This document shows positions 1-9,151 of a DNA stretch of 32,606 nucleotides, piece by piece. Under the pieces are notes generated by a model. That model had not been told where the DNA came from. It was given only the letters and a program-made list of their open reading frames with translations, and did not search any database. This stretch comes from Promethearchaeota archaeon (GTDB taxonomy: Archaea > Asgardarchaeota > Lokiarchaeia > Sigyniarchaeales > SOKP01). The position numbers were made by a program, and so were the translations under genes. The stretch is from assembly GCA_048941285.1 (NCBI GenBank), contig JBHLNS010000032.1, positions 1-32,606 on the forward strand, in the 5' to 3' direction. How positions within the stretch are numbered: position 1 is the first letter of the stretch; each line of letters opens with the position of its first letter.

Positions 1-226
1 CATAAGTGAATTTTTTTAATTCCTTGTAAAAATAAGTCAGAAAATTCAATATGACTTTTTAAATGTATTTTATTTAACAATTTTAAAATCTTTTTGTCTT
101 CTTTATTTATATTTGTAGAATAAATTAATTAATCTCATAAATCTTATAATTATCTTATGATTAAATTAAAAATGTAGATTCTAAAATATCAATATCAAAT
201 ATTTGATTTAAACGAGTTATGATAAA

Positions 227-1582
227 ATGAGTATATATGCGGATGATGTCGTTAACTTTACATCTGTATTGAAAATTGCTTACAATTTCTTAACTGGTAG
301 AGATTATTTACAAAAAAAAAAATCTAAAGAAAAAAAGACTCTAGTTTCAGTAGCATCCGGATTTCCTGATTTAGTTTTTGCTGCTGATTCGATTCCTGTT
401 TTTCCAATTCGTATGGAAAAATTTAAGCTCAATATATATTTACTTGCACTAAATTCAGCAACTAGTTTATTCGGTTGGAATCTTACCACCAAATTATTAG
501 GAATAGCAAGACAAGTAGATTTTTTAAAAATAGTTGATAATGTATTAAATGATGTAATAAACTCAATTAATTCAAAATATAATTTATTATATGATCAGGC
601 AATAAAGAAGAATGTATCGCCAGATTTCTGCTTTGGGATTAAATCTATTTATGGAATGCATGTTTCAGAAGCAAATCAATGTGATTGTACATTAAATTTC
701 ACTTTAAGATGCAATAAATATAATCAATATCTAAAATCTTTAAGAGCAATAATTCCAAATCAAATTTGGGTAGAAATTCCCCCAATTGATAAAGAAAATA
801 AGCAAAATAGCTTAGAGATTATGGTTAATAATCTTCATAAAGCTATTTCTGAAATTGAAAAAATTACGGGAAATATTGTCACAGATAATAGCTTGAATAA
901 ACAATTTAGGATAGGGAATCAAATAAAAAGATACTACAAATCAATTATTTATGATATTAGCACTTCAGATTTCTATCCTTGTAATCCGGCTACCTTTGCA
1001 GAGATTTTGGCTTTATTAACCATTTCTTTCCAAGATTATAATTCCAATGCTCAAAGATATTTAGAAAATATAAGTCAATTAGTAAAAGAAATGAGAGACC
1101 GTATAGAAAGGGGTATAGGGATGGAAGTTTCTAATATGCCAAGAATACTTTTAACCCCAATATTCAATGGTTGGGAACCAGAAAGCCAAGAAATTATATA
1201 TAACCTGGGAGGAAGAGTACTATATTCAGATTGGGATATATTAGGTCTATTAGAAGAAATTCCAGTCTCAAAAGATTCAAATCCAGTTGAAGAGTATGCC
1301 CGATTCCTCCTAAATGCCTCAAATATGGGTCTATTATGTTTGAATAATTGTGAGATGTTAATTAATTCTTACCAAAAATATATTAAAAGAACAAAAATCG
1401 ATGGTGTTATTATTAATGAACTTGTGAATTGTCATCTAAACTCAAATTGTTATGCTTTATTGAAAAATAATTTTAGAACTAATCTTAGAATACCATCAAT
1501 TAGTATTAAATTTAAGAAGATTGGTGAGGATCTAGATTTGATTAAAGCTAAATTAGCGTCTTTTATGGGCTTGTTTGGCTAG
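227..1582 (+). CDS. 2-hydroxyacyl-CoA dehydratase family (HgdA/HgdB/FldB-like) Fe-S protein, divergent
   Basis: 451-aa ORF with family-like segments: PDLVFAADSIPVFP, DFCFGIKSIYG, 'ISEIEKITGNIVTDNSL', 'PRILLT...GGRVL' and C-terminal 'IDGVIINELVNCH...IPSISI...KLASF'. No activator gene in the window. Confidence 0.7.
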   Translation: MSIYADDVVNFTSVLKIAYNFLTGRDYLQKKKSKEKKTLVSVASGFPDLVFAADSIPVFPIRMEKFKLNIYLLALNSATSLFGWNLTTKLLGIARQVDFLKIVDNVLNDVINSINSKYNLLYDQAIKKNVSPDFCFGIKSIYGMHVSEANQCDCTLNFTLRCNKYNQYLKSLRAIIPNQIWVEIPPIDKENKQNSLEIMVNNLHKAISEIEKITGNIVTDNSLNKQFRIGNQIKRYYKSIIYDISTSDFYPCNPATFAEILALLTISFQDYNSNAQRYLENISQLVKEMRDRIERGIGMEVSNMPRILLTPIFNGWEPESQEIIYNLGGRVLYSDWDILGLLEEIPVSKDSNPVEEYARFLLNASNMGLLCLNNCEMLINSYQKYIKRTKIDGVIINELVNCHLNSNCYALLKNNFRTNLRIPSISIKFKKIGEDLDLIKAKLASFMGLFG

Positions 1583-1586
1583 AGAT

Positions 1587-2156
1587 TTAAGTACCAAAAA
1601 AGTCGGATGGTTTCAATAAATGTTGATCCTCTTTTTCCTTTTTCGCTTTTTCATGTGGATCTACCCATTCAGCTTCACCTTGAGAAGCTTGTGCACTGGT
1701 TCCTACTGGAACTTTTAATCCTTGCGGCTTTAAACTAATATCGGCGGATATAGGTTCTGGGTGATGCCCTACGGCAACCTGCGTGGAGGGTACATAAGTG
1801 ATTCCTCCCGCTTTCAAGACTTTTAACTCACTTAATACCTTTTCAAGATTCATTGATTGAACACTTTTATTCATAGTGTCCATAATTTCCTTTAAGGATT
1901 TTGATGTTTCTCTTAAACCTTTTGGATTTATTCCTGTAAGTAATGAATCTAAATTAGCACTTATATTATCATTTAATTCCTTTAACGATTCTAAAACGGT
2001 ATTCCAGTGCTTATTCATCTGAGATTCAATAGCGCTTATCATTTTGATTGTTTCATTCATGAAATTGACGTGAGCTTCATATCTTTCCTCATCTTTAGCA
2101 CGTAAGTCAGATATAAGCATTATTAACTTCCGTAATGCTTCTTTCTCTTCACTCAT
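1587..2156 (-). CDS. Hypothetical coiled-coil protein with disordered tail
   Basis: 189-aa ORF. The first ~115 aa are heptad-like helical, followed by a Pro/Gly/Ser-rich linker and a C-terminal LKPSDFFGT. TATA-like element upstream (~2211-2221). Confidence 0.75.
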   Translation of the reverse strand: MSEEKEALRKLIMLISDLRAKDEERYEAHVNFMNETIKMISAIESQMNKHWNTVLESLKELNDNISANLDSLLTGINPKGLRETSKSLKEIMDTMNKSVQSMNLEKVLSELKVLKAGGITYVPSTQVAVGHHPEPISADISLKPQGLKVPVGTSAQASQGEAEWVDPHEKAKKEKEDQHLLKPSDFFGT

Positions 2157-2287
2157 TTTTTACCAAAATATATATTATTTTTTCTAATTATTATTATGAT
2201 TATAAAGAAATTTATATATATTCCTTTCTAAAACAAAGCAATCCATTATCATTAATTTAATCTAACATTTTTAAGGTAGATGCTAAA

Positions 2288-3775
2288 ATGCCCATAATAA
2301 AATCTAAATGGATAAATAATCCAAAAATTCTTGAAATTAATACATTCCCATGGCTTTTTTCATTATCTGAAATTTTTAATACACAAATAAATTTGAAGAA
2401 CATTCCCGAACAAATTTTTAATAAAGAGATTAAATTATTTGATGCCGTTTGGTTGATGGGAGTTTGGGAAAGAAGTCCAGCAAGTAAAAAAATAGCCCTT
2501 GAACTTCCTGATCTATTAGAAGAATACCATAAGATTTTACATGATTTTAGGGATGAAGATGTAATAGGTTCACCTTATTCTATATATTATTATCATGTAG
2601 ACAAAAATATCGGAGGAATAGATGGTTTAAAGAAATTCAGGGAGAACTTAGCAGAAAAAAATATTAAGCTAATTTTAGATTATGTCCCTAATCATGTTTC
2701 TATTGATTCTTTGTGGACATTTGAGCCTAATCTTTTTATTAGAGGTTCTTTAGAAGATCTTATGGTAAAACCATATGAATATTTTTCAATAGGTCGACAG
2801 GTTTTTGCTTATGGTCGTGATCCTAACTTTGATCCTTGGACTGATGTAATTCAGATCAATGCTTTTTCATCTGAAGCTCGAAATAAGGCTATTGAAACTT
2901 TACTGAATATAGCCGAACTTTGCGATGGAGTTCGATGTGATATGGCTATGCTAATGACAAATAGAGTTTTTAGTCAAACTTGGGGTGAAAAAGCCGGGGT
3001 TATTCCTGATAAAGATTTTTGGGAAGAAATCATTCCTGCTATTAAAAAGAAATATCCAGATTTTATTTTCATAGCAGAAGTATATTGGGGGATGGAATGG
3101 GAACTTCAACAACAAGGTTTTGATTTTTGTTATGATAAACGATTATATGAGAGATTAATCTTTGAAAATATTAATGCTATAAAAGATCACCTAAAAGCAG
3201 AATGGGTTTTCCAAAGTAAACTTCTTAGGTTTATTGAAAATCATGATGAATCAAGAGCTATTGAGAAATTCGGAGAAGAAAAATCATTAGCCGCAGGATT
3301 AATCGCATTAACTTTGCCAGGAGCAAGATTAATACATGAAGGTCAACTTTATGGTTATAAAATAAAATTACCTGTCCAATTAAGAAGGCAACCTATTGAA
3401 GAGATAAATATTCAAGTGTTAAAATTTTATCAAAATTTATTAACTGCAATACCAAGTCAAGAATTTAAGAATCCTAACTGGTCACTTTGTGAAGTGATAC
3501 CAATTGTTGACGAGGATGATTCCTCTTTAAATATAATCTCTTATTTATGGTGGATAGGTAGTAGTTATCGCCTCATAGTTGTTAATTTTAGTCCAAATTA
3601 TACAAAAGCTCATGTAAAAATACGCCCGTTCCATTTTGACACATTTAAGTGGAGATTTACAGATTTACTTGATAATCGAGTGTATACTTATAATGGAGAA
3701 GATATATATAAATATGGTTTATATATTGAATTGGATGCATGGAAAGGCCATATTTTTAAAATTTCAAAGGACTGA
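2288..3775 (+). CDS. GH13 alpha-amylase family glycosyl hydrolase
   Basis: Conserved GH13 regions LDYVPNH, DGVRCDMA (nucleophile Asp), FIAEVYW (acid/base Glu), FIENHDE; GSPY motif; C-terminal beta domain; no signal peptide. Confidence 0.92.
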   Translation: MPIIKSKWINNPKILEINTFPWLFSLSEIFNTQINLKNIPEQIFNKEIKLFDAVWLMGVWERSPASKKIALELPDLLEEYHKILHDFRDEDVIGSPYSIYYYHVDKNIGGIDGLKKFRENLAEKNIKLILDYVPNHVSIDSLWTFEPNLFIRGSLEDLMVKPYEYFSIGRQVFAYGRDPNFDPWTDVIQINAFSSEARNKAIETLLNIAELCDGVRCDMAMLMTNRVFSQTWGEKAGVIPDKDFWEEIIPAIKKKYPDFIFIAEVYWGMEWELQQQGFDFCYDKRLYERLIFENINAIKDHLKAEWVFQSKLLRFIENHDESRAIEKFGEEKSLAAGLIALTLPGARLIHEGQLYGYKIKLPVQLRRQPIEEINIQVLKFYQNLLTAIPSQEFKNPNWSLCEVIPIVDEDDSSLNIISYLWWIGSSYRLIVVNFSPNYTKAHVKIRPFHFDTFKWRFTDLLDNRVYTYNGEDIYKYGLYIELDAWKGHIFKISKD

Positions 3776-3806
3776 TAAAGACTAAATCTAAAGGGAAAAA
3801 GTGAAA

Positions 3807-5663
3807 TTAGTGAACAGTAACTGTTTTTGCCAAATTTAATGGTTTATCAGGATCCAGATTATGTTCAAGGGCAGCATAATAGGCCAATAACTGTAGGGCG
3901 GGAATAAAAGTTATTGAACTAAAAATTGTATGATACTTATCCTTAGGTTGAGGTATTCGAATTGTCATATCACTCAAAGTAGTAATTTTTACATCATTTT
4001 CTACAACTAATGAAATTATTTTACCGCCTCTTGCTTTAAATTCCATGACATTCCCAATTAACCTTTCATAAGTCTCATCTGGAGGTCCTATAAAAATAAT
4101 TGGATATCCTTTCCTTACTAAAGAAATTGGCCCATGTTTTGCATGTGCTGCTGAATAGCCTTCAATAAAACGGCAAGCAACCTCTTTTAATTTTAACCCT
4201 CCTTCTTTAGCAGTTGCTATTGAAGCACCACGAGCTAGAAAGAAAAAGTTATGAGTTTTTTCTAAACTTTTTACGATTTTTTTAATTTGATCAACACTTT
4301 TTTCTAGAAATTCCTCAATAATATTAGGAACGGAGTATAATGCTTCATAATATTTTTGAATTTCTTCATTTGATAACTTTTTTTTTTGCCTAGCAATCTC
4401 TAAACCAACTAATGCAAGTGTTAGAACTTGGGTAACATATGTTTTAGTTGCTGCAACTCCAATTTCAGGACCTGCTTGAGTAATTATAACCTCATCTGAA
4501 TGTCTTGTAAGTGTTGATCCAACAACATTAGTGATAGATAATATTTTTACATTTGAATTATATTCTTTTACCCATCTAATAGGTTCAATAAGATCAATAG
4601 TTTCTCCTGATTGTGACATTGCTATTACTACAGAATTAGCTTCAAGAGAATTGGCTAGTTGAGTCTTAAATTCAGAACATTCTATAGCTTCAATATATTT
4701 TCCAAGAAATTTTGTTACTATAAATTTCCCAGCCAATGAAGCATAGAAAGATGTGCCTGCTGCGGTGATATATATATGTTCTGCTCCAATCAATGATTCA
4801 GCAAACTCTTTTAAAGCTTCTTTGGGGATCTTCATAGTCCTTCTTAGGGCTAATGGTTCTTCATAAATTTCTTTTAACATGAAATGTTGGTAACCCTTCT
4901 TTTCTGCTGCATCTAAATTCCAATTGATAAATTGAACTTCTTTTTGTATAGGCTCGTTAGAATTGGTAAGATGAAAAAATTCAGCTGTTCCTGCTTTTAG
5001 TATTGCTAATTCATCATCATCTAAAATATAACAATGTCTTGTGTAAGGAAGAAATGCTGGTATATCCGAAGCGCAATAAGTTGTTTTACCTTTTTCTATC
5101 CCTATTATCAATGGTGATTCTCTTCGAACAGCAAATATAGTATCGGGATAATCGGCATGACAAATAGCTAACCCAAACGCACCTTCACATTTGTTGAGTG
5201 CAGAAACAATAGCATCTTTTAAGTTTCCAGAACTATTCAAATTTTCTTCAATTAGATGAGGAATGATTTCTGTGTCGGTTTCAGATTTAAAAACATGTCC
5301 TTTTGATATCAATTCTTCTTTTAATTCAAAAAAATTTTCAAGAATTCCGTTATGTACTACAGCAATTTTATTATTACAATCTACTTGAGGATGACTATTT
5401 ATTTTTGTAGGTGGTCCATGAGTTGCCCACCTAGTATGTGCTAAAGCAAGTTTAGAACCATATGGAAACTCATTTAATTTCAACTTTTTATGGATTTCAT
5501 CTATTTTTCCAGAATCTTTTTTAACAAATAACTTTTTATTCGATATATATACAATTCCACATGAATCATATCCACGATATTCTAGGCGTTTTATTCCCTC
5601 AAACACATTATTACCTATATTTAAATTTTCTTGATTAGTAACAATTCCAAAAATGCCACACAT
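3807..5663 (-). CDS. glmS: Glutamine--fructose-6-phosphate transaminase (isomerizing)
   Basis: N-terminal MCGI, LEYRGYDS, HTRWATHG, HNG, SETDTE, SQSGET, GPEIGVAATK, LKLKE, KHGP and PLNLAKTVTV motifs. Confidence 0.97.
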   Translation of the reverse strand: MCGIFGIVTNQENLNIGNNVFEGIKRLEYRGYDSCGIVYISNKKLFVKKDSGKIDEIHKKLKLNEFPYGSKLALAHTRWATHGPPTKINSHPQVDCNNKIAVVHNGILENFFELKEELISKGHVFKSETDTEIIPHLIEENLNSSGNLKDAIVSALNKCEGAFGLAICHADYPDTIFAVRRESPLIIGIEKGKTTYCASDIPAFLPYTRHCYILDDDELAILKAGTAEFFHLTNSNEPIQKEVQFINWNLDAAEKKGYQHFMLKEIYEEPLALRRTMKIPKEALKEFAESLIGAEHIYITAAGTSFYASLAGKFIVTKFLGKYIEAIECSEFKTQLANSLEANSVVIAMSQSGETIDLIEPIRWVKEYNSNVKILSITNVVGSTLTRHSDEVIITQAGPEIGVAATKTYVTQVLTLALVGLEIARQKKKLSNEEIQKYYEALYSVPNIIEEFLEKSVDQIKKIVKSLEKTHNFFFLARGASIATAKEGGLKLKEVACRFIEGYSAAHAKHGPISLVRKGYPIIFIGPPDETYERLIGNVMEFKARGGKIISLVVENDVKITTLSDMTIRIPQPKDKYHTIFSSITFIPALQLLAYYAALEHNLDPDKPLNLAKTVTVH

Positions 5664-5793
5664 TTTACCTATTCAAATTGAGTATTATCATATTAAAGTT
5701 ATTTTGAAAAATATTTTAAGATTATTGAATTTTGGAGAATTTATTATTAATTTGAACGATAATTTCATTACAGTAAATAGAAAATTGAAAATT

Positions 5794-7230
5794 TCATATA
5801 AGATTTAATTTCTGCATATTTATCATTGCGAGATTATTCAATTCTATTGAATGGTTTATATCTATGGTAGATTCACCTGAAATTCTTAAATATGGACTTG
5901 TTCCAGACCTTCTTATCAAAAGCCAGCCATCTTCAAAATCGAATCTACATCCATCCATTCGATTTATATTTATCTTATCCTTTCCTTGATTTTTAAGTGA
6001 ATCCATCATTTCATTTACAATCATCTGATGGATTTCTTCTGTAAAAGGGATATCTTGTTTTAATTTAAATTTCTCTGCGTAATATGGGTATTCAGGAATA
6101 ATTTTTAATGATTCTTTTAAACTTCTTCCTGTCTTCACTATCATCTGCAGTACTGTAGCTATAGTAACTATTGAATCTGGACCATAATGATAATAAGGCC
6201 AAATATATGTACCAGAAGTTTCCCCTCCTAAAAAACCACCATATTTTTGTAATGCTAGAGATACTTTAATATCTCCAACTTCTGTTCGAATAACTTCACA
6301 TCCAAGAGGATTTAAGACATCTTCAATTAAGCTTGATGAATTAATTGGAGTAGCAATCTTCATTTGATCGTTCGTTACTAATTTTTCTTCAATAAAATGC
6401 TTAGCCAATAATGCTAATAATCTAATAGGATCTACTATTTCACCGGATTCATCTAAAAAGATAACTCTATCAGCATCTCCATCAAGAGCGATTCCGATAT
6501 CTCTTTTTTGGGAAATTTTTAAAAATTTAGATATTTGGATTAAATTCTCTTTACTTGGTTCTGAATGACGTCCAGGGAATCTCCCATCCATTTGACTATT
6601 AATAGTCATAATATTTATATGATAAGTAGAAAGTAGTTTTGGGACTATATCGCATCCAGAACCATTCCCCGGATCTACTATTACATTTAATTTACTCCCT
6701 TCAAATTTGATACGATTGTTTATATCTGATATGTGAAGATCATTTATATCATTAATTTCAGTTACTTTTCCTATCTGGTCATATTCAATTTTAAGAAAAT
6801 CTTTTTCATCATAAATTCTCGAAATTTCAATTTCTTGTTCGGAAGAATATCCAACCCCTGAAGTGTTCCATAATTTTAATCCTATATATTCAGGAGTATT
6901 ATGAGAAGCAGTTATCATAACCCCTGCATCAGCCTCTAAATATCGTAATGATGCTGCTAAAGTAGGAGTAGTAACAATTCCTAACGTTTTTACACTGCAT
7001 CCAGAGCTAATTAACCCAGAAATTAGTGCATATTCTATTGGTAAGGCTGAAGTCCGAATATCTTTACCTATTACAACTGTGCCCCCATTTAAATAAGTTC
7101 CTAATGCTAATCCCACTTCAAGACTCATTATTGGAGTGAACATTAGATCTGATTCAGAATAGTTTAAGAACACACGACGGATACCCGAGGTACCAAAAAT
7201 CGAGTCTGTCATTTTGTTTTTCTTAGGCAA
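5794..7230 (-). CDS. glmM: Phosphoglucosamine mutase / alpha-D-phosphohexomutase
   Basis: FGTSGIR, ITASHN (phospho-Ser), DGDADR metal loop, GGETSG sugar loop, IRRSGTSP. Adjacent to glmS. The ORF track starts at TTG; ATG at 7212 is a plausible alternative start. The family is certain, GlmM versus PMM/PGM specificity less so. Confidence 0.82.
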   Translation of the reverse strand: MPKKNKMTDSIFGTSGIRRVFLNYSESDLMFTPIMSLEVGLALGTYLNGGTVVIGKDIRTSALPIEYALISGLISSGCSVKTLGIVTTPTLAASLRYLEADAGVMITASHNTPEYIGLKLWNTSGVGYSSEQEIEISRIYDEKDFLKIEYDQIGKVTEINDINDLHISDINNRIKFEGSKLNVIVDPGNGSGCDIVPKLLSTYHINIMTINSQMDGRFPGRHSEPSKENLIQISKFLKISQKRDIGIALDGDADRVIFLDESGEIVDPIRLLALLAKHFIEEKLVTNDQMKIATPINSSSLIEDVLNPLGCEVIRTEVGDIKVSLALQKYGGFLGGETSGTYIWPYYHYGPDSIVTIATVLQMIVKTGRSLKESLKIIPEYPYYAEKFKLKQDIPFTEEIHQMIVNEMMDSLKNQGKDKININRMDGCRFDFEDGWLLIRRSGTSPYLRISGESTIDINHSIELNNLAMINMQKLNLI

Positions 7231-7672
7231 TATTAAATATTTTTAACGATTACAACTGTATCTTAATATAAGATTAAGAAGGATTTCTACTTTTTATAGT
7301 TAATTTATGTATTTTTTGATAAAGCTATAGAGAAATTAATGTAAGAATATGTGATAATCTTGCCTTAGCTTTTGTTTTTATCACTTGATTTATCTTGAAA
7401 AATTTATTATATTGGACTTAGACTTCAAAGAAATTGATATTTATTATAATAATATTGAAAGATAGCTCCTAAAGGATATGAAATCTTTTTAGGTACTATT
7501 GGTCATTATCTTGTTGATATAGAAATTAAGTCCATTAATTTTAAAATTGAAAGTTAATATAAGTTCAATTTTAATAGTAAAATAAGTTAATATTTAGACT
7601 TAATAGAACTAAAAATTATTAATTAATCCTATTCATTTTACAAAGATAATATAAAAAACTGTTGATGTTTAT

Positions 7673-9151
7673 ATGGAACTAAAAGATTTTGACTTAATTT
7701 ATAAAGATAATCGACATAAAATTAAAGATAAACAGAAGATTATAGAACAACTTGAAGAAATTGTTGGTAAAAACAATATTTCTACAAGAAATATAGATAT
7801 TTTAGCCTATAGTAAAGACACGTCTCTTATAGCACTTAATTGGGCACTTGAAGGAAAAATAGCCGGTTTACCTGATATTGTAATATGGCCAGAAACTGTG
7901 GAGCATATATGTGAAGTTTTAAAATTTGCTAATAAAGAAAATATTCCTGTTATACCTTATGGAGAAGGATCTGGTGTAGTTGGGGGTGCGATACCGGTTA
8001 TGGGTGGTATTATTATTGATATGAAGAAGTTTAATAAAATCATTGAGATTAATGATAAGAATTTGACCGTAACTGCTCAATCTGGTATAAATGGAATGAA
8101 TTTAGAGCGTTATCTAAATATAAAAGGATATACCACAGGTCATATACCTCAATCTCTTTATATTTCCTCTTTAGGTGGATGGATTGCACATCGTGCAGCT
8201 GGGCAATTTAGTACTAAATATGGTAAGATTGAAGATATTTTATTAGGTATGGAGGTTGTTTTACCTCAAGGAGAAATTCTAAAATTTAAAACAATTCCAA
8301 GAGCATCTACAGGACCTCAACTTGAGAAACTATTTATAGGTGGAGAAGGAACACTGGGAATAGTCATTAAAGCTACTTTAAAGATTTGGCCTTATCCTGC
8401 AAAAAGATCTTTAATATCTTATGCTTTTCCATTAATTGAAGATTCTTTTAATGCTGTCAGAGAAATCTTGAGAGAGCATATATTTCCTGCGGTAATTAGA
8501 ATATATGACCAATTTGAAACTTCAAGGCATTTTCCAGATATTAAAAGCGCCAAAGATAAAGTTATGGTTATATTTGTATGTGAAGGAAATGAAAAACTTG
8601 TGGATTTAGAAGAATTAATAACCAGAGAAAAATCAGAAAATAATTCAGGAATAAACTGTGGAGAAGAACCTGTGAAACATTGGTTCGAGACAAGATTCAG
8701 AGTAACTGAAACATCAGCAATGCCTCCATTCAAGATAGTATTTGATACTATTGAAGTTGCTTCCCTATGGGAAAATGCATCAGAGATCTATCATACTGTT
8801 TTAGAATCAATGAATAATTTACAAGGAGTTATAATGATTACTGCTCACGTTTCACATTTCTATCCAGGTGGAGTTGGGATTTATTTCAGTTTTGGTGGTG
8901 TCCCCGCAAAAGAACAAACAGACTTGGAATATTATCAAAAATGCTGGAATACAATAATAAAAGCGGTTTTAGATGCTGGTGGTTCAATAGCTCATCATCA
9001 TGGAATAGGGATAAATAGATCTCATTGGATGGAAAGTGAATGGGGTGAGGCTATGAATACGTTAAAGAATATTAAAAAAATGCTTGACCCAAAAAATATA
9101 TTAAATCCAGGAAAAATTTATGAGAACACCTGGAAAGGAGGTGTCGAATAA
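7673..9151 (+). CDS. FAD-binding oxidoreductase (VAO/FAD_binding_4), alkyl-dihydroxyacetonephosphate synthase-like subfamily
   Basis: PDIVIWPE, VIPYGEGSGVVGG, GHIPQS, SLGGWIAHRAAGQFSTKYGKIED, PRASTGP, GGEGTLG, HVSHFYPGGVGIYF, HHHGIG and LDPKNILNPGK motifs. Confidence 0.88.
   Translation: MELKDFDLIYKDNRHKIKDKQKIIEQLEEIVGKNNISTRNIDILAYSKDTSLIALNWALEGKIAGLPDIVIWPETVEHICEVLKFANKENIPVIPYGEGSGVVGGAIPVMGGIIIDMKKFNKIIEINDKNLTVTAQSGINGMNLERYLNIKGYTTGHIPQSLYISSLGGWIAHRAAGQFSTKYGKIEDILLGMEVVLPQGEILKFKTIPRASTGPQLEKLFIGGEGTLGIVIKATLKIWPYPAKRSLISYAFPLIEDSFNAVREILREHIFPAVIRIYDQFETSRHFPDIKSAKDKVMVIFVCEGNEKLVDLEELITREKSENNSGINCGEEPVKHWFETRFRVTETSAMPPFKIVFDTIEVASLWENASEIYHTVLESMNNLQGVIMITAHVSHFYPGGVGIYFSFGGVPAKEQTDLEYYQKCWNTIIKAVLDAGGSIAHHHGIGINRSHWMESEWGEAMNTLKNIKKMLDPKNILNPGKIYENTWKGGVE
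9136..9143 (+). promoter_or_regulatory. Shine-Dalgarno site (AGGAGGTG) for the Fe-S gene, inside the 3' end of the flavoprotein gene
   Basis: AGGAGGTG lies 8 nt upstream of ATG 9152, and TAA 9149-9151 directly abuts that ATG, consistent with translational coupling. Confidence 0.8.

Noticed and set aside
1587-1630. PCNA-binding PIP box at the C-terminus
   Set aside because: QHLLKPSDFF does not fit the QxxLxxFF spacing.
5664-5793. Possible glmS ribozyme upstream of glmS
   Set aside because: The spacer is extremely AT-rich and lacks the GC-containing conserved core; that ribozyme is known from bacteria.
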